64,000 bases of DNA from an uncultured Bacilli bacterium. GTDB taxonomy: Bacteria; Bacillota_I; Bacilli_A; RF39; UBA660. The position numbers were made by a program, and so were the translations under genes. Positions 38,350 through 46,680 of this stretch are shown piece after piece (the first letter of the stretch is position 1; every line of letters starts with the position of its first letter). The notes under the pieces are model-generated. The model did not search any database. It saw nothing but the letters and a program-made list of their open reading frames with translations, and was not told where the DNA came from. The stretch covers positions 126,576-190,575 of the forward strand of contig CAJTZU010000003.1 in assembly GCA_910584165.1 (NCBI GenBank), read 5' to 3'.

Positions 38350-39325
38350 GAGTGATAGTATGAAGAAATTTTTTAAAAGTATTGTTTTTGTATTTATTTT
38401 ACTTCTTTTAGTAGAAACTCTTACATTAGTATTATTACCAGGCAGAAATGTTAAAAAATATGGAGTATTTGAAGTAGCAGCTTATGAAATTTTAGGGGAA
38501 GAAGAAAATACGATTGATGTTATAGCAGCAGGAGATAGTTTAGTTTATAGTTCTCTTTCTCCTATGGAAATATGGAAGCATTTTGGTTATACTGTTTTTG
38601 ACTGTGCCTCTGCTGCCCAAATTATTCCGGATACTTATGATTTTTTGAAAGTTGGAATTAAAAGTCAACATCCTAAGATTGTGCTTATGGAAGCAAATGT
38701 TCTTTTTAGAGATCCTGCCAAAAAGAAACAAGAGAATAAACTACTTGATTATTTAAAGTATTATTTTCCAATTGCTAAATATCATGATAATTGGAAAAAG
38801 TATATTACTTATGGTAGAAAAAAAAATTGGGCAAATGTTTATAAGGGATATAAGTTTATCAATAAAGTAGAGCCTGCAACTGAAATTCATCCTATGAGTG
38901 GTTCTAAAAAAAGAAGGGAAATTATAAAAAGTAATTTACAAACTTTTGATGATATTGTAAAACTTTGTGAAGAGAATAATGTAAAACTAGTATTAGTCGC
39001 TTTCCCAACACAGAGTACATGGAGTTCTAAAAAGCATAATTCTACTCAGGATTTAGCAGAAAAATATGGTTTAGAATTTATAGATTTGAATTTAGTTGAT
39101 TTAGGAATCAATTGGGAAACAGATACTAAAGATGCTGGAAATCATTTAAATTATAAAGGCGCAATAAAAGTTTCCAAATATATTGGAAACTACTTAGAAA
39201 GTACAAATATATTAAAAGATCATCGCAAAGATGAAAAATATAAATCTTATATAAATGCTTATCGCATTTATTATCAGAATCATAAAGAACAATTAGATAA
39301 AATAGAAACGACTGCTATAGAATAA
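38336..39325 (+). CDS. DltD-like or SGNH-type extracytoplasmic protein (acyl-transfer/esterase partner).
   Basis: N-terminal TM anchor, VIAAGDSLVYSSL (GDS block). Overlaps the MBOAT gene by 14 nt. Confidence 0.6.
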   Translation: MQTSRSDSMKKFFKSIVFVFILLLLVETLTLVLLPGRNVKKYGVFEVAAYEILGEEENTIDVIAAGDSLVYSSLSPMEIWKHFGYTVFDCASAAQIIPDTYDFLKVGIKSQHPKIVLMEANVLFRDPAKKKQENKLLDYLKYYFPIAKYHDNWKKYITYGRKKNWANVYKGYKFINKVEPATEIHPMSGSKKRREIIKSNLQTFDDIVKLCEENNVKLVLVAFPTQSTWSSKKHNSTQDLAEKYGLEFIDLNLVDLGINWETDTKDAGNHLNYKGAIKVSKYIGNYLESTNILKDHRKDEKYKSYINAYRIYYQNHKEQLDKIETTAIE

Positions 39326-39648
39326 TCACCATCATGGGAAATTGATAAAGAAAGATTTTCAATAAGAAAGTCTTTTTTTATTTGATTATGTAAGATAATA
39401 AAAGGGGCATTATTATTATCATGTGATATTTCGATATCTTTCATGGAATAATGATTGATACCTTTTTTTAATGCTTTTAAAAAAGCTTCTTTTGCAGCAA
39501 ACAAACCAGCTATTGTAGAAAGATTAGAATTTCTTTTTTGAATATATTGTAATTCTTTTTCAGTAAAAATAGAATTCATAATAGTTTTATTGTTTACGAG
39601 GTCTTGAAATCTATGAATATTTACTAAATCGATACCGTTTGAAATCAT
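39280..39648 (-). CDS. acpS: Holo-(acyl-carrier-protein) synthase (4'-phosphopantetheinyl transferase, AcpS type).
   Basis: 122 aa. GIDLVNIHRF ... ISHDGDYSIAVV fit the AcpS family. Converges on, and overlaps by 46 nt, the 3' end of the DltD-like gene. Confidence 0.75.
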   Translation of the reverse strand: MISNGIDLVNIHRFQDLVNNKTIMNSIFTEKELQYIQKRNSNLSTIAGLFAAKEAFLKALKKGINHYSMKDIEISHDNNNAPFIILHNQIKKDFLIENLSLSISHDGDYSIAVVSILSNCSL

Positions 39649-39734
39649 AACATCACCAAAAATATTATATCACATTTAATTTGACAAAAGAGTGTGAAAC
39701 AGTTATTATAATACACTTGTTAGGGGAGATATAC

Positions 39735-41705
39735 GTGTCAAAAGTAAGAGTAGAATACTTATGTACAAATATTGATAATGAAAGAAAATTAAAATGGTTA
39801 GAAACTGCCAAATTTTCAAGAGTAGCAGAAGATCATGAGGTAGTAGATTTCTCTTTTGAAGAATATTTATTTAGATTTCGTAAGGAAACACAAAAATTTA
39901 CGGATTCAACAGGGGATATTACGTTAAGAGTACAGCAAGAAAAATACAAAAATTGGAAAGAAAGAAGTCAGTTTAGTATTTTTAGTTTAGATGGAAATTC
40001 TATTCGCTGGGATAATAGTATTATTCATTCTTTAGCCGTTTATTTAGCTAGTCATCCATTAGCGATTCCATACTTTTTAGAAGAAAATGCAGTTAATATT
40101 GTTGGATTATTTTTAGGAGAATCTCTTCTTGTCAATTCTATGGCTTTAGCGCCCCAATTTGGTTATGAAGAATTTAAACTATGGGAAGCACAACCTATTT
40201 CTGAAAAAAATTATCGTGCTAGAAATTTTGAAGCAAAATATAAATTATCTTTATTTTTAGGAGTATTAGATGAATTATTAGAATTGGGTGTCAATGTATC
40301 AGAATTCTCTTTTGTTGATTTAAGAAAAGTAAATACATTTATAGATACTCTTCAAGCACCACTTTGGAATGAAAAATTGATTAGTACTATGAATGCTTCT
40401 ACTTATAGACGTTGTGATGGGCAAAATTTTGAAGAAAAAGACTTATTAGGATTTATTGGGTTTGATGATGTTTCTACTTTCTTAGATTCTGTTATGCGTC
40501 TAGTAGAGTCTGAATATTATGTTCATTTTATTGAGGAACCAGTAACTATGAATCCTAAAGCAGTAGTAGCGTTACCTTACTTTCATACAACCAATATGGA
40601 TTTTCTGAAGAAGGAAGATTTAGTAGAAATCAAGGGATTATGTGAAACATTAAAGAATAAATTAAGAGAAGTAAAGTATTCTTCAGAAATAAAAGTATTA
40701 AAGAGAAAATTAGAACAACTTAGAAAAAGATTGTCTGAAAAGGAAGATAAGAAAGATTTTGATTATAGTGAAATCTTAGAAGAACTAGAATCTCTTTATC
40801 AAGAAATTTTAGCTACTTCTTCTAAAGAAAAAGAAGAACTATTAAGCCTATTAAAGCAATTGCTAGAGGAAAGCAACATAGACTTTAGAGTATCAGAAGA
40901 ATATAGAAAAGTAGAAGTTCCAAAAGAAAGTGCTAAAAAACTGGATATAGCTTCTAAAGTACAAGAATTAGATAGAAGAGTAAGTAGTTTAGAAACTAGA
41001 GTATCTACTTTAGAAAAACAGTTATTAGATTATATCAAAAATGGTGGAGAAATTCCTTCTATTACTGCTGATTCAGTATCTCGGGAAGAAGTTATTCGAT
41101 TAATTTTAGAGTATAGACCTGTTACTTTTAAAGAGAAATTAAGAAGATTAGAGGTTTTAAAACTATTAAAAGTAGGGACGATAGGCACTCTTTTAGGAGG
41201 ATTATTATTTATTAGTGGTTCTGCCCCTAGAATATTAGAAAATCCTTCTATAGTAATTCCAACAGCTCCTATTGTATCAGAAGAAATTAAACCAGAACCA
41301 ACATTGCCTCCAGACCTACCAAAATTAGAAGAATCAGTAGAAGAAACTCTAACTCCATCTATCCCAGTAGAAGAAGAGCAAGTTACTTTGAAACCATTAG
41401 AAGAAATAGTTAGAGAAGTAATTCGCGGTAATTGGGGAGATGGACAAGTACGTAAAGAGGCATTAGAAGAAGCAGGTTATGATTTCTTTACTGTTCAATC
41501 TTATGTAAATTATGTAAAAGAAAATAATGTACCATTTAATCAATTAAGACCAGTAGAAGAAATCATTAGGGAAGTAGCTAGTGGAAAATGGGGAGAAGGA
41601 GAAGAGATGATTGCTCGTTTACGTACTGTTGGCTATGATTATGAATCACTTAAAGAATTTGTTGAGGAATTCAAACAATCTGCTGCTACCAATCAGTATC
41701 ATTAA
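39735..41705 (+). CDS. Membrane protein with a cytoplasmic N-terminal domain, coiled coil, one TM helix, a Pro/Glu-rich linker and two C-terminal CW_7 (Cpl-7-type) peptidoglycan-binding repeats.
   Basis: GTG start at 39735 after AGGGGAG. The track ORF starts at 39681. TM VGTIGTLLGGLLFISGSAP. Repeats IVREVIRGNWGDGQVRKEALEEAGYDFFTVQSYVNYV and IIREVASGKWGEGEEMIARLRTVGYDYESLKEFVEEF match the Cpl-7 repeat consensus (GxWGxGxxRxxxLxxAGYDYxxVQxxVN). Confidence 0.6.
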   Translation: MSKVRVEYLCTNIDNERKLKWLETAKFSRVAEDHEVVDFSFEEYLFRFRKETQKFTDSTGDITLRVQQEKYKNWKERSQFSIFSLDGNSIRWDNSIIHSLAVYLASHPLAIPYFLEENAVNIVGLFLGESLLVNSMALAPQFGYEEFKLWEAQPISEKNYRARNFEAKYKLSLFLGVLDELLELGVNVSEFSFVDLRKVNTFIDTLQAPLWNEKLISTMNASTYRRCDGQNFEEKDLLGFIGFDDVSTFLDSVMRLVESEYYVHFIEEPVTMNPKAVVALPYFHTTNMDFLKKEDLVEIKGLCETLKNKLREVKYSSEIKVLKRKLEQLRKRLSEKEDKKDFDYSEILEELESLYQEILATSSKEKEELLSLLKQLLEESNIDFRVSEEYRKVEVPKESAKKLDIASKVQELDRRVSSLETRVSTLEKQLLDYIKNGGEIPSITADSVSREEVIRLILEYRPVTFKEKLRRLEVLKLLKVGTIGTLLGGLLFISGSAPRILENPSIVIPTAPIVSEEIKPEPTLPPDLPKLEESVEETLTPSIPVEEEQVTLKPLEEIVREVIRGNWGDGQVRKEALEEAGYDFFTVQSYVNYVKENNVPFNQLRPVEEIIREVASGKWGEGEEMIARLRTVGYDYESLKEFVEEFKQSAATNQYH

Positions 41706-41731
41706 AGATATCTTTGGATATCTTTTTTTTT
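41705..41731 (+). terminator. Rho-independent terminator.
   Basis: Stem AAGATATC/GATATCTT with loop TTTG, then T9. Confidence 0.7.
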
Positions 41732-41777
41732 GATTGCTTTTCTAAAATAGTCATTATATAATGAAATAGGTGATAGT

Positions 41778-42635
41778 ATGAAGATATTAGATTCATGGGA
41801 ACTATGGGTTATTATTTATTTAATATCTGCCATTATTTTTTCTCAATCTTTCAGAATTTCTAAAAGACAGATGAAAAATGTGGGAAGAATGACTGTCTTA
41901 TTAGAAATTTGTACAGCATTTTTTGCTATTTTCTTTCTTCCACTTTTTAGATTTACATTTCCTCAGGATTTAACTATTTATGGGACATTATTTTTAGTAA
42001 CTATTATTTATGCAGCAACAGATAGATTAAATATAGAAGCAAGATATGGATTAGAACCATCTACATTTAGCATGCTGAAACAATTATCTACTGTATTCAT
42101 GATTTTCTTTGGACTACTTTTTTTCAAGGAAGCGTTTGTTTTTGAAAAACTAGTAGGTGCATTTTTAATCGTATTTGCGAATTTATTATTAGCATTTGAA
42201 AGAGGAAAATTTCAGTTTAATAAATACTTTATTATTAGTGTGTTATCCAATTTATTGTTTGCGATTGCTATGATGATAAATGTTAATATTTCAGATTCTT
42301 TTAATTTAGCGTTCTATACGATATTAACAGTTTCTATTCCAGCTCTTTTTATTTCTTTATTTGGTAGATATTCTATGAAATCTTTGAAAGAGGAGTTTTC
42401 TTCTTATGATAAGAAATATTTTTTACTTTCAGCGTTTTCATGGTGTTTGATGTTACTTTCTTCTGTTAGAGCTTATCAATTAGGTAGTGTTACAGTAGTA
42501 GCTCCTTTATTTGCTCTTACTTCTATTTTAAATGCTACTATAGAATATTTCTTAAATCCGAATAAAAATAGGTTCCTACAAAAGATAATAGCCGCACTCC
42601 TTATTATTTTGGGAGTAATACTTGTTAAGATATAA
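41778..42635 (+). CDS. Integral membrane protein (about 8-10 TM, DMT/EamA-like topology).
   Basis: Hydrophobic throughout. No specific motif recognised. Confidence 0.5.
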   Translation: MKILDSWELWVIIYLISAIIFSQSFRISKRQMKNVGRMTVLLEICTAFFAIFFLPLFRFTFPQDLTIYGTLFLVTIIYAATDRLNIEARYGLEPSTFSMLKQLSTVFMIFFGLLFFKEAFVFEKLVGAFLIVFANLLLAFERGKFQFNKYFIISVLSNLLFAIAMMINVNISDSFNLAFYTILTVSIPALFISLFGRYSMKSLKEEFSSYDKKYFLLSAFSWCLMLLSSVRAYQLGSVTVVAPLFALTSILNATIEYFLNPNKNRFLQKIIAALLIILGVILVKI

Positions 42636-42678
42636 AGCAGTATGATATAATAATTAATACTAATGAAAGGATGAGTAT

Positions 42679-43557
42679 ATGGAAAAAGCGAAAGTTTATT
42701 TTATAAAAGATATTACACCAGAGAATATCGTTAAGATTTATGATGTACTTGGAAAAAAACTAGAAGGAAAAGTTGCTGTGAAGTTACACTCAGGAGAAAA
42801 AGGAAATCAAAACTATATGAAACCAGAAATGGTAAAAAATATAGTAGAGCATGTAAATGGAACAGTAGTAGAGTGTAATACTGCTTATGAAGGAGCAAGA
42901 GATACTACCGAAAAACATCAAGTTTTAATGAAAGAACATGGATGGTCTTCTTTATTTCATGTAGATATTATGGATGCAGAGGGAGATATTATTCTAGATA
43001 TTCCGAACGGGAAAGTAATTCAAAAAAACTATGTAGGAAAGAATCTTAATAATTATGATTCTATGTTAGTATTATCTCATTTTAAAGGACATCCAATGGG
43101 TGGTTATGGTGGAGCCTTAAAACAACTTTCTATTGGTATTGCTTCAAGTTATGGAAAAAGATATATTCACTGTGTTGGAAAAGAAAATGGTACTTTTGAA
43201 GATATGTTTCAAGTTGACCAATTAAAATTTTTAGAAGCTATGGCAGACGCAGCATCTTCTATTGTAGAGAAAATGAAAGATAATATTGTTTATATTAATG
43301 TAATGTGTAATATGTCAGTTGATTGTGATTGTTGTAATGTAGCAGAAGACCCATGTATGAAAGATATTGGGATACTTGCATCTTTGGATCCTATAGCAAT
43401 CGATCAAGCTTGTATTGATTTAGTAGAAAAATCAGATGACCCAGGAAAAGCTCATTTTATGGAAAGAGTAAACTCTAAAAATGGTATTCATACGATTGAA
43501 GCAGCGGCAACTTTAGGATATGGTACTAGGGAATATGAATTGATTGAAATTAGTTAA
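42679..43557 (+). CDS. DUF362-family protein (Cys-rich, putative Fe-S).
   Basis: N-terminus MEKAKVYFIKDIT...VAVKLHSGEKGNQNYMKPE matches the DUF362 start. Cys cluster VMCNMSVDCDCCNV. Confidence 0.6.
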   Translation: MEKAKVYFIKDITPENIVKIYDVLGKKLEGKVAVKLHSGEKGNQNYMKPEMVKNIVEHVNGTVVECNTAYEGARDTTEKHQVLMKEHGWSSLFHVDIMDAEGDIILDIPNGKVIQKNYVGKNLNNYDSMLVLSHFKGHPMGGYGGALKQLSIGIASSYGKRYIHCVGKENGTFEDMFQVDQLKFLEAMADAASSIVEKMKDNIVYINVMCNMSVDCDCCNVAEDPCMKDIGILASLDPIAIDQACIDLVEKSDDPGKAHFMERVNSKNGIHTIEAAATLGYGTREYELIEIS

Positions 43558-43595
43558 TTACTAATTTCTTTTTATTTGAAATCGTAAATGGTTTA

Positions 43596-43604
43596 TGGTA
43601 TAAT
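43596..43604 (+). promoter_or_regulatory. Extended -10 element TGGTATAAT.
   Basis: TGnTATAAT lies about 35 nt upstream of the ATG at 43639. It is read as 'MVYGIM' by the ORF finder. Confidence 0.45.
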
Positions 43605-43638
43605 GTTTGAGTTTGTGTGTTTCGAAGGAAGTGATATT

Positions 43639-44673
43639 ATGAGAAAACTTAAGCTTTATAGTAAAACTAGGAGCATTTTATTTCCTAGTGAGAATATTAT
43701 TACATTAGAAAATATGACTATGTCTAGGTATAAACTTGCGATTAATAAAGCAGCTTGTATTTCTCTATTTTTATCTTTAATTGGTAATTCTCTTTCTTCT
43801 ACCTTTTTTATGCATTCTTCTGAAATGGATAATTCCTTAGGTAATCTACAGGAGGAACTTAATGATAGGCGAGCAGTTTCTATTATTAATGACAAAAATG
43901 TACTAGAAGAGTATATGAAAAAATGGAATATAGAGACATCTTTTAGAGATTCTGGAAGAGGATTCTATTCAGTAGGTTTTCAAAAATTGGGAGGTTCTAC
44001 TTTGACAGAAGAAGATGTTGATAGAATTTATGAATTCATGATTCAAGAAAATTTGTCCTTGACAAGTTTTTCTCAGTTATTAGATATGATGACTTCTCCA
44101 ACAGGACCTTTTGGAAAAATAAGTTTTAATAAAAAGAGCGCTTTAACCGATTTAATGAGAGAAAATAAAAGTTATTTTGTAAAATTTTTAATTATTATGG
44201 CAAGAGATGGATATACATATGAGCAATTAGATTATATGTTTGCAGGAATCGTTGGTGAAGCAACGGGTTCGGGGCAATGTTATGACGATGCTTATGCTGT
44301 TGCATCTACTCTAATTAATAGAAGCCATACTTTATGGTATGTTAATCGATATGGACATAACTTCTATGATATTTTTATGGCTCCCGGTCAGTATGAAATA
44401 GAAGTCAGTGGAAACTATCTAAAATATTTAGGGGCGATTGATTTAGAAGGATACCATGCTGCTATTGATGCCTTTTATACAAGAGAATCTATGCACGATT
44501 ATCTACAATTCCGTGCTGATTGGGTAGATTTGAATTGCCATTATGAAACATTCGCACCAGGTGGTAATAAGTTTTTAGATAAAATGAAAGAATATGAATA
44601 TGTTCCTTATCCAGATGAGGTAGTGGAAATAGAAGATGTTAAGACTTATGTTTTAAATGGAGTAAAATATTAA
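43639..44673 (+). CDS. Membrane-anchored cell-wall hydrolase with a SleB/CwlJ-type (Hydrolase_2) C-terminal domain.
   Basis: The ATG at 43639 follows GAAGGAAGTG. IVGEATGSGQCYDDAYAVASTLINRSHTLWY...DIFMAPGQYE matches the GEARGE...VaxVixNR...pgQF blocks of SleB-like lytic enzymes. Confidence 0.5.
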   Translation: MRKLKLYSKTRSILFPSENIITLENMTMSRYKLAINKAACISLFLSLIGNSLSSTFFMHSSEMDNSLGNLQEELNDRRAVSIINDKNVLEEYMKKWNIETSFRDSGRGFYSVGFQKLGGSTLTEEDVDRIYEFMIQENLSLTSFSQLLDMMTSPTGPFGKISFNKKSALTDLMRENKSYFVKFLIIMARDGYTYEQLDYMFAGIVGEATGSGQCYDDAYAVASTLINRSHTLWYVNRYGHNFYDIFMAPGQYEIEVSGNYLKYLGAIDLEGYHAAIDAFYTRESMHDYLQFRADWVDLNCHYETFAPGGNKFLDKMKEYEYVPYPDEVVEIEDVKTYVLNGVKY

Positions 44674-44732
44674 TATTCTTTTGTAAACGATAAAAAGCAT
44701 GTTATAATAAATTTTATTTAAAGGGAGATATT

Positions 44733-45842
44733 ATGAAAAAAAGATATTTAACATTTGTAATGAGTGTATTAATGCTTTTCAATGCTGGATGTAGTCATCA
44801 AGAAGATAAAAGAGTAGATGGTGACGAAATCAAATTAATTGTGGAAGAGCCAAAAGAAGAAGAAACAATAGAAATCCTAGAAGAAAAAAATATAGAGATT
44901 GTAGAACCAGAAAAAGAAGTAGTGGTTAGAGATATTGTTATTAGTGCAGTTGGAGATTGTACATTAGGAACAGATACTAATTTTGGATACGGAAATAGCT
45001 TTACAAATGTATTAGATGATAACAATAGAGATTTTAGTTACTTTTTTAAAGAAGTACAAGATGTTATTGGAAATGATGATATTACAATAGCCAATTTAGA
45101 AACGACATTTACTAGTTCTAATGATAGAGTAGATAAAAAATTTAATTTTAAAGGAGATAAAGATTATGCTTCTATTTTAACGGAGGGTAGCATAGAGGCT
45201 GTGAATTTAGCAAACAACCATACTTATGATTATGGAAATGCTGGCTATAGTGATACGATAGCAGCCTTAAATGAAGTGGGAGTTCCTTATTTTGGATATG
45301 AAGATTATGTTATTTTAGAATTTGATGGAATAGAGGTAGGGCTTGCAGGCGTTACAGGATGGGATGAAGCATCTGCTAAAGCAAATACAGATAAAGCGAT
45401 AGAATATTTTCATAGCAATAATATTGATTTGATTATTATGACATACCATTGGGGCATTGAAAGAGATTATGACCAAAATACAACTCAACAAAATATTGCT
45501 AGATATGCTGTTGAGCAAGGTGCCAATTTAGTAATTGGTCATCATCCACATGTTTTACAAGGAATAGAATGTTATCAAGGAAAATATATTATTTATTCTT
45601 TAGGTAATTTTGTATTTGGTGGAAATAAGAATCCTAATGATAAAGATACGATGATTTTTCAGCAAACTTTCCATTATGAAGATGGCTTTTTAACAGATAC
45701 TTCGGTAGAAATAATACCTTGTTCTCTATCAGGAGAATCTACTAGAAATAATTATCAACCAGTTATGTTAGAAGGAGAAGAAAAAGAAAGAGTATTACAG
45801 AAAGTATTAGAGCATAGTACCAATTTTTCATATGAAAAATAG
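44733..45842 (+). CDS. CapA/PgsA-family metallophosphatase-fold lipoprotein (poly-gamma-glutamate capsule-synthesis-like).
   Basis: Lipoprotein signal LMLFNAGC. VISAVGDCTLGTD, IANLETTFT, DYGNAGY, GHHPHVLQGIE are conserved CapA blocks. Confidence 0.8.
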   Translation: MKKRYLTFVMSVLMLFNAGCSHQEDKRVDGDEIKLIVEEPKEEETIEILEEKNIEIVEPEKEVVVRDIVISAVGDCTLGTDTNFGYGNSFTNVLDDNNRDFSYFFKEVQDVIGNDDITIANLETTFTSSNDRVDKKFNFKGDKDYASILTEGSIEAVNLANNHTYDYGNAGYSDTIAALNEVGVPYFGYEDYVILEFDGIEVGLAGVTGWDEASAKANTDKAIEYFHSNNIDLIIMTYHWGIERDYDQNTTQQNIARYAVEQGANLVIGHHPHVLQGIECYQGKYIIYSLGNFVFGGNKNPNDKDTMIFQQTFHYEDGFLTDTSVEIIPCSLSGESTRNNYQPVMLEGEEKERVLQKVLEHSTNFSYEK

Positions 45843-45868
45843 AAAGACAAGACATTGTCTTTTTATTG
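45843..45868 (+). terminator. Probable terminator.
   Basis: Stem AAGACAA/TTGTCTT with loop GACA, then TTTTAT. Confidence 0.5.
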
Positions 45869-45877
45869 TGTTATAAT
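45869..45877 (+). promoter_or_regulatory. Extended -10 element TGTTATAAT.
   Basis: TGnTATAAT lies 16 nt upstream of the ATG at 45893. It is read as 'MCYN' by the ORF finder. Confidence 0.45.
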
Positions 45878-45892
45878 ATTTTTGGTGGTAGT

Positions 45893-46591
45893 ATGGACCA
45901 AGAAAAAATTGGAAAGTTTATAAAAGAAATAAGAACAAAAGAAAAATTAAGTCAACAGAAGTTTGCTTTAAAATATGGTGTTACTTACCAAGCCGTTAGT
46001 AAATGGGAGAATGGTAAAAATATACCAGATATTTCTATTTTAAAAGAAATGTGTAGAGAATATGAGATGAATTTAGATGACTTTTTAGAGACAAAGATTT
46101 CTCCTAAAAAATCTTATAAAAAAATTTGGATAATGTGTATTAGTATTGTTTTCTTAATCATGATAATCATTGTTTTGATTCTGCCAAAGAAGGATTCTAA
46201 TTTTGAATTTAAAACATTATCGACTAGCTGTGATGATTTTAATCTTTATGGAAGTCTTGCTTATAATGATTTAAAGTCATCTATTTATATTTCTAATATT
46301 ACTTATTGTGGTGGGGATGATTCTGATATTTATAAGAAAATAGAATGTACATTATACGAAGATAACGGAAATGCTAAAATAGAAATAAAAAAATCCCATT
46401 ATGAAAATGATAAAGGAATATCTTTAGAAGAGTTTTTAAAAGATGTGAATTTTCATATTGATAATTATGAAAAAACTTGTAAAGTATATCAAGAAAATAC
46501 TCTGTTTGTAGAAATAGAAGCAACGAATCAGAATGATAAAATTATTACTTATAAAATACCACTAAACTTAAAAGATAATTGTAATCATTAA
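45893..46591 (+). CDS. XRE-family HTH regulator with a TM segment and an extracytoplasmic C-terminal domain.
   Basis: IRTKEKLSQQKFALKYGVTYQAVSKWENG HTH. TM IWIMCISIVFLIMIIIVLIL. Confidence 0.7.
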   Translation: MDQEKIGKFIKEIRTKEKLSQQKFALKYGVTYQAVSKWENGKNIPDISILKEMCREYEMNLDDFLETKISPKKSYKKIWIMCISIVFLIMIIIVLILPKKDSNFEFKTLSTSCDDFNLYGSLAYNDLKSSIYISNITYCGGDDSDIYKKIECTLYEDNGNAKIEIKKSHYENDKGISLEEFLKDVNFHIDNYEKTCKVYQENTLFVEIEATNQNDKIITYKIPLNLKDNCNH

Positions 46592-46616
46592 TCTCAACTT
46601 AAAGTTGAGACTTTTT
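46592..46616 (+). terminator. Rho-independent terminator.
   Basis: Perfect 8-bp stem TCTCAACT/AGTTGAGA with loop TAA, then CTTTTT. Confidence 0.75.
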
Positions 46617-46680
46617 CAACCTTGACGTTATTGTAGAATTTTGTAATTTATTTTATAATCAAAATGGAAGGAGAGAGATT

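Noticed and set aside
38540-38731. Minus-strand ORF inside the DltD-like gene.
   Set aside because: Antisense shadow.
43656-45518. Minus-strand ORFs 43656..43895, 44798..45025 and 45315..45518.
   Set aside because: Antisense shadows within the SleB-like and CapA genes.
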